DNA from: a bacterium
Lineage (GTDB): Bacteria; Bacillota_I; Bacilli_A; RFN20; CAG-826
Assembly: GCA_963633165.1 (NCBI GenBank)
Contig: CAVGXP010000029.1
Coordinates: forward strand, 1 to 57,653
Direction of reading: 5' to 3'
Length of the DNA stretch: 57,653 nt
The notes under the pieces were generated by a model. That model saw nothing but the letters and a program-made list of their open reading frames with translations, ran no database searches and was not told the DNA's origin. A program made the translations under genes and the position numbers. Positions 29,973 to 38,396 of the stretch are shown piece by piece. Position 1 is the stretch's first letter. Each line of letters opens with the position of its first letter.

Positions 29973-31349
29973 ATGGAAATTATTTACCAGTTCTTCGAAG
30001 GGCTGAATTACGTTGCCATCATCATCGCATCCTTGGGGCTGCTGCCCCAGCTGATTTTCATTATCTTCGGGTCGATAAAGCCACGCGTTTTCTCTCCGGC
30101 TAAGAAATATCGGAAAATCGCCGTGATCATTCCCGCCCACAACGAAGAAGACGTCATCGGCGCGACCGTCAGGGATATTTTGGAGAACCAGAATTACCCA
30201 AAAGACAAATTCGACGTTTTCGTTTGCGCGGACAACTGCACCGACGCCACTTTCGAAAAAGCCAAACGGGCGGGCGCTTATGCCATTTCGCGCTTTTGCG
30301 ATGATCCGAAAAAGAAGATGGCCTCCTACCCGACGAAATTATTGATGGATACCGTCATCAAAGAACACCCCGGGGAATACGACCTTTTCATCCGCTTCGA
30401 CGCCGACAATAGGCCAGGACCCGATTATCTTAGAAAAATGAACGACGCCGCCGAAGAAGGCGTTGAGGTGGCTAGGGGCTATGAGGCCGCGACCAACCCA
30501 AAGCAGAATCGTTGGGCGCAGGTTTCCAGCGCCTATTACATCCGCGATTCCAGGCTTGCCTGCAACTTCAGGGAAAGGGTCGGAGGGAGCTCCATGCTCA
30601 CCGGAGCGGGAATGATGGTCTCCGTTGCCTGCATTGAACGCATCGGAGGATGGGACGCGATGGGCGGAAGCGAAGACGCCGAGTTCACCATCAACCGTTT
30701 GCTTGACGGAACGGGCGTTCATTACGTCCCTGGCGCCGTCGTTTACGAAGACCAGCCTTCCACTTGGAAGGACAACTACCACCGCATCACCCGCATGGGG
30801 CATTCGCTTCATTCTCTTTTTTGGAGAAAGGGATGGAAATTGTTTTTCCATGGGCTGACTCATTTCTCTTTGTCGGACCTGGACATGTTTTATCAATTGT
30901 TCTTCATCCCCATTGGCGTATTGGCGTGTCTATGGTTCCCGGCTTATTACATCGTTTATTGCGTTCTTCATCTAGTCAACGGCTTCTCCTCGCCAATTCT
31001 TAATGGAATCTCAAACCTTGAAGGTACGTTATTCACGCCAGAGGCTTCTAGAGCGGCTATCTTATCCGATTTGCTCCCGATGGTCGGCTACGTTCTAGGT
31101 TCGATGTACGTGATTTATTCTTTCCAGTCGTATCTTTCGATACGTTTATCGAGAGAAGAACTGAGAGAAAAGAACGAAAAAGGGTGGGGTGCGGGCATTT
31201 TCCTTTCCGCGCCTTACATGATTCTTTATGATATCGCCGTCACCATCGGGGTTTTGACCAACCCTGGATGGAAAAAGATAAACAGGAACAGTCAAAGTAA
31301 CGTCGAGGATGTCCATGAAAAAGAAGAACCTAGCCAAGGAGACGAATAA
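29973..31349 (+). CDS. Membrane-bound GT2-family glycosyltransferase
   Basis: N-terminal TM segment, VIIPAHNEE, CADNCTD, FDADN (DxD) and SEDAEF motifs, and C-terminal TM segments. Confidence 0.8.
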   Translation: MEIIYQFFEGLNYVAIIIASLGLLPQLIFIIFGSIKPRVFSPAKKYRKIAVIIPAHNEEDVIGATVRDILENQNYPKDKFDVFVCADNCTDATFEKAKRAGAYAISRFCDDPKKKMASYPTKLLMDTVIKEHPGEYDLFIRFDADNRPGPDYLRKMNDAAEEGVEVARGYEAATNPKQNRWAQVSSAYYIRDSRLACNFRERVGGSSMLTGAGMMVSVACIERIGGWDAMGGSEDAEFTINRLLDGTGVHYVPGAVVYEDQPSTWKDNYHRITRMGHSLHSLFWRKGWKLFFHGLTHFSLSDLDMFYQLFFIPIGVLACLWFPAYYIVYCVLHLVNGFSSPILNGISNLEGTLFTPEASRAAILSDLLPMVGYVLGSMYVIYSFQSYLSIRLSREELREKNEKGWGAGIFLSAPYMILYDIAVTIGVLTNPGWKKINRNSQSNVEDVHEKEEPSQGDE

Positions 31350-33867
31350 GGATTACCTGTCCACTTCCCCCACCATGGGGCTCTCTGAACAAGAAGTCTT
31401 GGAAAGAAAGGAAGAGGGACTTGCGAATGTATGTCAGCAAAAATCCGGCAAAGGATATGGCGACATCATCAAGAACAACGTTTGCAACTTCTTCACCATT
31501 TTCCTTTACGTACTCGCTATCGTTTTCATGATATTCGGGAGCGTTTTGAAGGCTTTTGGATATGGGCCTGAGGCGGAGAAGTATTTTGGCTTCTCCAAAT
31601 TCGGTTACCTCATCCCTCTAACCTCGAATGTTGTCATTGGGACGATCACCGAAATCCGATCCAAACGCGCATTGGACAAGATGAAGCTCGTCAACGCGGC
31701 AACGACAAGCGTCTTGCGCGATGGCAAATTCGTTAAAGCCAGAGGCGAGGAACTCGTCTTGGGCGATGTTATTTTAATCAGTAGCGGCACCCAGATTCTC
31801 GCCGATGGCATCTTGCTAGAAGGGGATATCGAAGTCGACGAATCCTTGCTTACAGGCGAATCGAATCCGATAAGAAAATCGAAAAAAGGCGACGAGCTTT
31901 TCTCCGGTTCTTTCGTGGTTTCCGGAACAGCGAGAATGATTTTGACGAAAGTCGGCGATGACACCTACGCCAATCAGTTATCAAGCAAAGTAAAAAAGAT
32001 TCATACGGAAAAATCCGAATTGATGCGGAACATCTACGGACTGTTGAATATCTTTTCTTTCGTTTTAATTGGCGTCGTCGTCTTGGTCACCGTGACGATG
32101 TGCGTCAAAATATCGATGTATGGGCAAGACGCCACCGTCTTCCCCACCCCAATCTCCTTAGACGACCCTTTGGCTTGGGCGCAAATCGTTTCCACCGCTT
32201 CCGCTTTCGCCATCGGCGTCATCCCAACGGGCTTGGTTTTGGTGACTTCGATGTCCTTGGCCGTTTCCATCGTCACGCTTTCTAAACAGCAGACTTTGGT
32301 CCAAGACCTCTTCTCCTTGGAAAATTTAGCCAGGGTTGACGTCATCTGTCTTGATAAAACGGGGACTTTAACCGACGGGACGATGGAATTGGTCGATTCT
32401 AAATACTACGTTTCCAAAGAAGACGCCGATTCTTATTTGGGAATCCTTTTGGGGAGCAGCAAATCGAGTAACGCAACTTCTGACGCTCTTAAAGCCGCGA
32501 TAAAGCCCGTTCCGACCGTGATAAGAGAAGAGATCCCCTTCTCCAGCGCCAGAAAGTTCTCTGGCGTCGTCTTGAAGTCAGGCAAAGAGATTCTTCTAGG
32601 CGCGCCCGAATATCTTTGCAAGGCCTTCCCCTCCATTTTAAAAGAGGCGGAGGCTAAGCAGAAAGAGGGCTTAAGGGCATTGGCCTTGGTTTTTGAAGGA
32701 ACCCCTTTAGCGCTTTATTTCCTCTCCGATAGAGTCCGTCCTTCGGCGAAAGACACGATTTCGTATTTCTACGAGAACGGGGTTGATGTGAAGATCATCT
32801 CTGGGGATTCGCCGTTAACCGTATCCAAGATCGCCTCAATTTGCGGCGTTAAAAACGCAGATAAAGTCATTTCTTTGGAAGGCAAGACAAAAGAGGAGAC
32901 GGAGGCGCTCGTCGATGATTACGTGATCTTCGCTAGGGTCAGCCCTGAACAAAAGGAAATCCTCATTTCCGCCTTGCAGGCAAGAGGCCACAAAGTGGCG
33001 ATGACCGGAGACGGAGTAAACGATGCCTTGGCTTTGCGTAAAGCGAACGCCTCCATCACTTTCGCCCGCGCCACCGATGCGGCGAAAGCTTGCAGCGATG
33101 TCGTGCTGATGGATAACGATTTCTCCCACTTGGAGGAAGTCGTCACTCAGGGAAGAAGAGTCGTCAACAACATCCAAAGATCGGCTATCCTCTTTTTGAC
33201 GAAAACGGTCTTCATCATGAATTTGGCGCTTTTCACGATACCTTTCAAAGCGGGTCAAATGCTTTTCACAATCGAGAACGTTTACCTTTTCGAGCAGGCC
33301 ATAATTGGAATCGGCGGTTTCTTCCTTTCCTTGGAGAACTCCAAAAACCCCATCGAAGGCAGCTTCAAAGAAAAAGTCATCCCTTCCGCTATCGCGGGTG
33401 GTTTCCTGCTTTTATTTGTTACGATGATCCCTTTGGCGTTGAATCAAATCGGTTTGTTATCGCAAGAGAACACCGCTACTAGCATCTCCGTTTTGACTCT
33501 GATTTCAAGCTTGGCGATCATGGGGGTGCTTTCTTTCCCTTTTACCAAATACCGCGTCGTCGTCTTCTTTATTTCCCTGGCGTCCGCTTTGCTTATGGCT
33601 TTGGCGGCGCCCAGATCTTATTTAGGTGGAGCCCCGACGACAATCAACATGATTTTTGGCTCGGATCATCTCTTCTGGAAGGAGTTCTTCCAGCCTTGGA
33701 ACAGCTCGGTATTCGTAAATATCGAAGAGCAATCATGGATCGTCTGGATTTTCATCGCGACGGCGTTCCTTTCATCGCCTTTATATTGGTTGGTTGGTTT
33801 CCTGGCGAAAAAGATTTTTAAGTCTATCGAGGACGCGAAAACAAAACAGGAAAAAGGAAGCGCATAA
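31315..33867 (+). CDS. P-type ATPase of uncertain substrate (atypical TM4/TM6)
   Basis: TGES, DKTGTLT (from 32353) and MTGDGVNDALAL motifs. TM4 reads IPTGL (32221-32235) instead of PEGL. Start ATG 31315 has GAGGA 5 nt upstream. It overlaps the GT2 3' end by 35 nt. Confidence 0.9.
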   Translation: MKKKNLAKETNKDYLSTSPTMGLSEQEVLERKEEGLANVCQQKSGKGYGDIIKNNVCNFFTIFLYVLAIVFMIFGSVLKAFGYGPEAEKYFGFSKFGYLIPLTSNVVIGTITEIRSKRALDKMKLVNAATTSVLRDGKFVKARGEELVLGDVILISSGTQILADGILLEGDIEVDESLLTGESNPIRKSKKGDELFSGSFVVSGTARMILTKVGDDTYANQLSSKVKKIHTEKSELMRNIYGLLNIFSFVLIGVVVLVTVTMCVKISMYGQDATVFPTPISLDDPLAWAQIVSTASAFAIGVIPTGLVLVTSMSLAVSIVTLSKQQTLVQDLFSLENLARVDVICLDKTGTLTDGTMELVDSKYYVSKEDADSYLGILLGSSKSSNATSDALKAAIKPVPTVIREEIPFSSARKFSGVVLKSGKEILLGAPEYLCKAFPSILKEAEAKQKEGLRALALVFEGTPLALYFLSDRVRPSAKDTISYFYENGVDVKIISGDSPLTVSKIASICGVKNADKVISLEGKTKEETEALVDDYVIFARVSPEQKEILISALQARGHKVAMTGDGVNDALALRKANASITFARATDAAKACSDVVLMDNDFSHLEEVVTQGRRVVNNIQRSAILFLTKTVFIMNLALFTIPFKAGQMLFTIENVYLFEQAIIGIGGFFLSLENSKNPIEGSFKEKVIPSAIAGGFLLLFVTMIPLALNQIGLLSQENTATSISVLTLISSLAIMGVLSFPFTKYRVVVFFISLASALLMALAAPRSYLGGAPTTINMIFGSDHLFWKEFFQPWNSSVFVNIEEQSWIVWIFIATAFLSSPLYWLVGFLAKKIFKSIEDAKTKQEKGSA

Positions 33868-33884
33868 CGGCTTCTTTGCAATCC

Positions 33885-35150
33885 TTATCTTAATTTTGAT
33901 GGGATTTCATCTATCACGCCGGATTTTTTGAGTTTAGTAAAAATCTTTTTTTGACGTTTGATGTCTTTTCTAAGAGGATGAGCGGTTGGAAAATCAAGGC
34001 CATTTTTCTTGTCTTCCACCGCTTCTTTGAACATCTCCTCTATGGCGCTGACCTGCAAAGAAAGGGCGAATTTAGGCGCGTAGAGAGCATAGGCGGATTT
34101 TAGTTCAGCAACCTCGGTTGGATGTTCGATCAGCCACTCGATTTTCTTTCTGAGGTCTTTGTAGGATCCGTGCCTGAAAAGGCAGCGTTCAGAATTCAAG
34201 GAGAAAGCATTTGTGGCGGAAAGCTTGGAATCGGAAATTAGAGGCAAAGCGCCACATGTGATGGCCTCAATCGCGGAGATGCCTTCGGTCTCGAAATCGG
34301 AAGCATGAACGTAAACGTCGGTGTAGCAAAGGATGTTGCGAAGTTCCTCTGGGTTACAAAAGCGAATGTCAATTGGATTGGCAAGGCCACGTTTTTCGGC
34401 CAATTTTTCGTAAGAACGTTGATTCGGGCCCTTGCCGCAGAGAATAACTTGGATGCGATCGTTGTATTTGCTTGAAGCCACAGCCTTTATGATGAGATCT
34501 TGCCGTTTTTCTGAAGCAAGCCTTCCAGACATTGTAATAACGATTTTGTCCGCATATGCATCGGGTTTTTTCGATTCAACAGGATGAAAGAAAGGAATGA
34601 CACCATTGGATATCGTGTGGATAACGTTTTCTTTGTAATGGTGTTTTTTCAGTTCGTTGGCAATCATCGGCGATGGGCAATGCACCCTTTTAATCGAGCG
34701 GTAAATATACGTTTTAAAACCAGCGTAAAGCGCGTCGTTGAGTATTTTCGAATGGCCCAAATGAATAGCGGATGAAATATTTTGAGGCTGCAAATGATAG
34801 GCCGTGGTGACGGGAATATCGAGGCCATCAGCGATAGCTTCGGCCGTTTTTCCGAATTTCATCGGCAAAAAAACGTGAACCAAGTCGGCGTCTTTAATGC
34901 AGGAATACATGGTTGCCACGTCGCATTTAGCGAACATAAAGCCTTCTTTGCGAATCAAAGGTTCAAACAAAGGGAATTTAAAATGAGGCGTACCAACGTA
35001 ATACGGGTGTTCTTTTCCATCTTGGAAATCGCAGCCAAGGATCGTTACTTCATGACCTTTTTTCCGGAGTTCATCGGCAAAACGGTTGCAGGTAGCTGTG
35101 GTTCCGTTGTTGAGTTGGTTTGCGCATTCAAGTACAAAGACGAGTTTCAT
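33885..35150 (-). CDS. GT4-family glycosyltransferase
   Basis: GT-B fold pattern and an E-x7-E motif (ETEGISAIE). There is no Shine-Dalgarno; a TATAAT lies 13 nt upstream of the ATG. Confidence 0.8.
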   Translation of the reverse strand: MKLVFVLECANQLNNGTTATCNRFADELRKKGHEVTILGCDFQDGKEHPYYVGTPHFKFPLFEPLIRKEGFMFAKCDVATMYSCIKDADLVHVFLPMKFGKTAEAIADGLDIPVTTAYHLQPQNISSAIHLGHSKILNDALYAGFKTYIYRSIKRVHCPSPMIANELKKHHYKENVIHTISNGVIPFFHPVESKKPDAYADKIVITMSGRLASEKRQDLIIKAVASSKYNDRIQVILCGKGPNQRSYEKLAEKRGLANPIDIRFCNPEELRNILCYTDVYVHASDFETEGISAIEAITCGALPLISDSKLSATNAFSLNSERCLFRHGSYKDLRKKIEWLIEHPTEVAELKSAYALYAPKFALSLQVSAIEEMFKEAVEDKKNGLDFPTAHPLRKDIKRQKKIFTKLKKSGVIDEIPSKLR

Positions 35151-35216
35151 AATTGGCCTGCAAATTATACTCGTCTTGCCAAAATAAACAATTTTAAAGG
35201 TTTTGCTAGTAGTTTT

Positions 35217-36029
35217 TTAGTCTTTTCGTTGCTTGCTTTTTAAAGTAGATTTTTGCAATGGGATTCTTTGGTTTATAAACATCAAATTCGCATCCATCCC
35301 TATCCACTTGAGCCTTAGCCAATGAAGTTTTGGATCGCTGACGCCCCACTTTTTCGACGTTTGCTGATAGGGCCTTATATGCAAGGGGCCGATATGCGGG
35401 TTTCGGATGAAATCCATATCCACGATTCGAAAAGCCCAAACCGCCACTTGGCGTCGGGATACCCAAAGCCCAGAGGACAACGAACCATGATAAAGGAAAC
35501 TGGCGGATGGAACGCCTGGGCAATTTCCTCTGAAAAGGCAAAGATCGAGACAATCCTGGATGAAATGTCTGTTCGAATTAACCTCTCGATTGAAATCCTT
35601 TATTCTGGGGGCAAGGCGGAAAAGAGTTTCCTCATGCGTCCATTTTTCGCCACCGCTGCCATCGGTCGTTCCGTCGCGATATAGATAAAGAAGAAGGGCG
35701 TCGATAGAAGATTCGCTGATACCCCAGGACGTTAAATAAGAGACGAACTTATCAATTGGTGAAGAATGGACGATGTCTCCGCTAGCGCTTTTAAGGGAAA
35801 TCTCCGCGCGTCCCACCTCGGAAAAAATGGAAACGTCGCTTTTGCCCCGAGGATCGGCTTTCTGTGCGAGGATCAAGCTTTCGTTAGAGAGCTTAGGAAA
35901 AATGGTCTCAACAAAGGACGTAATATTCGGATTCAAATCGTTCTTCGACTTTCCGTTTATCGCCGTTACGAAATCTGTTTCGAAATCAAGGCCGGCTTGC
36001 CCTCTAGGTTTGCGGTAATAATATCCCAT
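35217..36029 (-). CDS. Hypothetical protein with a PD-(D/E)xK-like motif (possible orphan restriction-endonuclease-like nuclease)
   Basis: 271 aa from ATG 36029 with GGAGG 7 nt upstream. The KSDVSIF...(9 aa)...EISLK arrangement resembles the D...ExK catalytic core. I recognised no methyltransferase nearby. The region is AT-richer than the core genes. Confidence 0.45.
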   Translation of the reverse strand: MGYYYRKPRGQAGLDFETDFVTAINGKSKNDLNPNITSFVETIFPKLSNESLILAQKADPRGKSDVSIFSEVGRAEISLKSASGDIVHSSPIDKFVSYLTSWGISESSIDALLLYLYRDGTTDGSGGEKWTHEETLFRLAPRIKDFNREVNSNRHFIQDCLDLCLFRGNCPGVPSASFLYHGSLSSGLWVSRRQVAVWAFRIVDMDFIRNPHIGPLHIRPYQQTSKKWGVSDPKLHWLRLKWIGMDANLMFINQRIPLQKSTLKSKQRKD

Positions 36030-36175
36030 AAGTATGCCTCCACTTATGAGTAAAGAAGAAAACGTCATTTCACTACAAAAAAGAGCGTAGATTGAATACA
36101 AACGTCGCGGTCAGGCACGAAAATGACGGTGTCTAGGTGAGATCAGCAAGCTTGCTTGCGTCCGCCAGGGCCACG

Positions 36176-36196
36176 AAAAAAAGCGCCGAAGCGCTT
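36176..36196 (-). terminator. Intrinsic terminator of the tRNA-Asp/tRNA-Phe operon
   Basis: Minus strand AAGCGC-TTCG-GCGCTT followed by a run of about 7 T, 10 nt after the tRNA-Phe 3' end. Confidence 0.7.
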
Positions 36197-36206
36197 ATTT
36201 TCGAGT

Positions 36207-36282
36207 TGGTGGCCCAAGGCGGGGTCGAACCGCCGACACCGGCATTTTCAGTGCCGTGCTCTACCAGCTGAGCTATCGGGCC
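36207..36282 (-). tRNA. tRNA-Phe (anticodon GAA)
   Basis: 76-nt cloverleaf: GGCCCGA acceptor stem, GCTC-AGCTGGTA-GAGC D arm, CGGCA-CTGAAAA-TGCCG anticodon arm, GGCGG-TTCGACC-CCGCC T arm, encoded CCA. Confidence 0.95.
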
Positions 36283-36294
36283 AAGCGAAGCGAC

Positions 36295-36323
36295 GGCCGG
36301 CTCAGCAAGAGCACGGCACTGAA
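36295..36323. repeat. Inverted partial copy of the tRNA-Phe 5' half, located in the tRNA-Asp/tRNA-Phe spacer
   Basis: Plus-strand AGAGCACGGCACTGAA (36308-36323) is the exact reverse complement of 36247-36262, which is the tRNA-Phe D-stem through anticodon. The flanking GCTGAGC and GGCC blocks extend the complementarity to tRNA-Phe positions 1-16. Confidence 0.8.
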
Positions 36324-36345
36324 TCGTTTCTATGTTCTCGAATTT

Positions 36346-36422
36346 TGGCGGACCATACGAGATTCGAACTCGTGATCTTCTCCGTGACAGGGAGACATGT
36401 TAGGCCGCTACACCAATGGTCC
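36346..36422 (-). tRNA. tRNA-Asp (anticodon GUC)
   Basis: 77-nt cloverleaf: GGACCAT acceptor stem, TCTCC-CTGTCAC-GGAGA anticodon arm, ACGAG-TTCGAAT-CTCGT T arm, GCCA 3' end. Confidence 0.95.
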
Positions 36423-36446
36423 GTCCTGCGCTTTCGCGCGAGAAAC

Positions 36447-36475
36447 ATTATCAAGACTTCAGGAAAACTTTTCAA
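36447..36475 (-). promoter_or_regulatory. Candidate promoter of the tRNA-Asp/tRNA-Phe operon
   Basis: Minus strand TTGAAA-17 nt-GATAAT, about 25 nt upstream of tRNA-Asp. Confidence 0.5.
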
Positions 36476-36590
36476 GCATTAATTACGAATTTCACGCACA
36501 TTTTAGAAAACCCCAAAAAGGCCCTTTTAAAAGCGATTTGCTTAAGCGTTGAGATGATTGGCCGTCTAAGCTTTGGGCGCGCTCTAAAAT

Positions 36591-36623
36591 CAGAAAAACC
36601 CAAGGCTAGCCGTGCCTTGGGTT
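36591..36623 (-). terminator. Intrinsic terminator after the rubrerythrin gene
   Basis: Minus strand AACCCAAGGC-(7-nt loop)-GCCTTGGGTT followed by TTTTCTGATTTT. Confidence 0.7.
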
Positions 36624-36640
36624 TCGTGTTTAGCTTCGAA

Positions 36641-37180
36641 TCAATAGTTGACGACGGAAAGTTCGAAATAGGATTGAGGATGGTTGCAGACCGGGCAAAC
36701 CTTCGGCGCGAATTTGCCGACGACGATGTGCCCGCAATTGCGGCACTTCCAGACGGCAACGTCATTAGAGACGAACACCACTCCACCTTTGACGTTCTCC
36801 AAAAGCTTTTTGTAGCGTTCTTCGTGATGCTTCTCGATTTCACCGACCATACGGAATTTCGCGGCGATCTCATGGAAACCTTCTTCATCGGCGATTTTGG
36901 CGAAGCTAGGATACATGGAAGTCCATTCATAGCTTTCGCCATTAGCGGCTTCGTCAAGGTTGTCGACGGTGGATTTGATTTCTCCGCCTTCGAGGTACTT
37001 GAACCACATCTTGGCGTGTTCTTTTTCGTTGTCGGCAGTCTCTAAGAAGAGGGCGGCAATCTGCTCGTACCCTTCTTTTTTGGCCTTTGAGGCGAAGAAG
37101 GTGTACTTGTTGCGGGCCTGTGATTCACCCGCGAAGGCCTCTTGGAGGCATTTTTCGGTTTTTGATCCTTTTAGTTCCAT
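36641..37180 (-). CDS. rbr: Rubrerythrin
   Basis: Di-iron four-helix motifs ([21 protein letters not shown]) plus a C-terminal rubredoxin CRNCG...CPVCN. Start at ATG 37180 with AAGGAG upstream. Confidence 0.9.
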   Translation of the reverse strand: MELKGSKTEKCLQEAFAGESQARNKYTFFASKAKKEGYEQIAALFLETADNEKEHAKMWFKYLEGGEIKSTVDNLDEAANGESYEWTSMYPSFAKIADEEGFHEIAAKFRMVGEIEKHHEERYKKLLENVKGGVVFVSNDVAVWKCRNCGHIVVGKFAPKVCPVCNHPQSYFELSVVNY

Positions 37181-37209
37181 TGCTTTGAATCTCCTTTTCA
37201 AGCAAGTGG

Positions 37210-37218
37210 ATTATAACA
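37210..37218 (-). promoter_or_regulatory. Candidate extended -10 promoter for rubrerythrin
   Basis: Minus strand TGTTATAAT, about 30 nt upstream of the rbr ATG. Confidence 0.35.
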
Positions 37219-37223
37219 AAGAC

Positions 37224-38039
37224 TCAATTGGCTTTGTTGTTAGATGCTTCTTTTTCTTTTGGGAGGTAGGCGATGTATTCCTCGTTTTCTTCTTCGGCGG
37301 AATAATCGAGCATGAATTCATAAACCGCATCGCGAAGAAGCTTTTTCCTTTCGGGGATGGATTTGGTCATATCTGGGTATAAAGGGCGAGAGATGTGGAC
37401 GGTCATCTTGGGTTTGCGGTATTTGCCGAAAAAGAAAGCTTTCCTATAGGTCGTGCAGAAGGCGACGACAGGAGCTCCTAAGGTTGCTGGATAGATAAAA
37501 GAATCGTCCGGGAAAGGGCGAATATGAGTGGAATAAGGCCAAATATGCCTTTCGGGGTAAATGGCGATGGCGCGTTTTTGCTTATAACGATATTTAACGG
37601 CCTCTTCAAAGGCTTCCTTATGCTCCAAATCTGGAATGGGCAAGCAGCCAAGCATCATCACGATTTGTTTCAAAAAAGGGATGGAGATGGCGTCGCTGTC
37701 GGCGAGGACATAGCTTCTCTTGGGGCTGGTTAAGAAGCATTGAACAAGCCAACCATCGCAAATCTGGGTATGGTTGCCATAGAAAAAGACGCCTCTGCGG
37801 AACAAGGGCCGAAGATTTCTCTTCCCTTTCACTTTCACCCCATAGCCAATTTTCCCGACAAGCCAAAGGACGGGGAAGGCTACGAAATAATAAAGAAAGA
37901 AGGATAGGACGGACCAAAAGATGTTGTGTTTATGCACGTAACGGAATCTTTTTGGGAAGCTTTTCTTCTTTATCGACGTTCCTGCGAAGTCGTCGTTTAG
38001 AGGGTCTTCGTAATATACGATTTTGGGTTTGCGTTTCAT
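37224..38039 (-). CDS. Lysophospholipid (1-acyl-glycerol-3-phosphate) acyltransferase family protein
   Basis: N-terminal TM segment and an HX4D motif (NHTQICD), as in PlsC-type acyltransferases. Confidence 0.75.
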   Translation of the reverse strand: MKRKPKIVYYEDPLNDDFAGTSIKKKSFPKRFRYVHKHNIFWSVLSFFLYYFVAFPVLWLVGKIGYGVKVKGKRNLRPLFRRGVFFYGNHTQICDGWLVQCFLTSPKRSYVLADSDAISIPFLKQIVMMLGCLPIPDLEHKEAFEEAVKYRYKQKRAIAIYPERHIWPYSTHIRPFPDDSFIYPATLGAPVVAFCTTYRKAFFFGKYRKPKMTVHISRPLYPDMTKSIPERKKLLRDAVYEFMLDYSAEEENEEYIAYLPKEKEASNNKAN

Positions 38040-38201
38040 AATCGGTGCTCGTCTATTTTAGATTTTTAATAAGGAAGAGGGAAGAAAATGAAATAAGCGA
38101 TGCCCCGCCGCAACTACCCTTACTGTTTTTTGGGCTCCAGGTCTAACAAGCAAAATCCTTGATTTTACGGCTTAATATGCGAGGAAGAGGGGTCTTAACG
38201 C

Positions 38202-38233
38202 AAAAAAAGCAGCATCGAATGAATCGATGCTGC
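38202..38233 (-). terminator. Intrinsic terminator after the initiator tRNA
   Basis: Minus strand GCAGCATCGA-(5-nt loop)-TCGATGCTGC followed by TTTTTTT. Confidence 0.75.
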
Positions 38234-38243
38234 TAAATATTAT

Positions 38244-38320
38244 TGGTTGCGGGGGATGGCTTCGATCCATCGACCTCCAGGTTATGGGCCTGGCGAGCTA
38301 CCGGGCTGCTCTACCCCGCG
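38244..38320 (-). tRNA. Initiator tRNA-fMet (anticodon CAU) with unconventional anticodon arm and T-loop
   Basis: CGCGGGG...CCCCGCAACCA acceptor with the C1xA72 mismatch. Anticodon arm is CCAGG-CCCATAA-CCTGG and T arm is GATGG-ATCGAAG-CCATC. Confidence 0.9.
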
Positions 38321-38347
38321 ATGTACACCGCTTTAGCGGCGAGAAGT

Positions 38348-38376
38348 AATATAGCCTCCCTTGGGGTTTTTGTCAA
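38348..38376 (-). promoter_or_regulatory. Strong candidate promoter of the initiator tRNA
   Basis: Minus strand TTGACA-17 nt-TATATT, about 28 nt upstream of the tRNA 5' end. Confidence 0.6.
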
Positions 38377-38396
38377 AAGATTTTGGAAGCAATTCG

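Noticed and set aside
33868-36206. A tRNA-Phe-targeted genomic island with att repeats.
   Set aside because: I found no integrase gene and no direct repeat of the tRNA-Phe 3' end at 33868-33885 or 35151-35216. I kept only the weaker statement about lower GC content and an orphan nuclease-like gene.
36156-36482. A 108-aa plus-strand ORF.
   Set aside because: It overlaps both tRNA-Phe and tRNA-Asp on the opposite strand, so it is an artefact of the tRNA operon.
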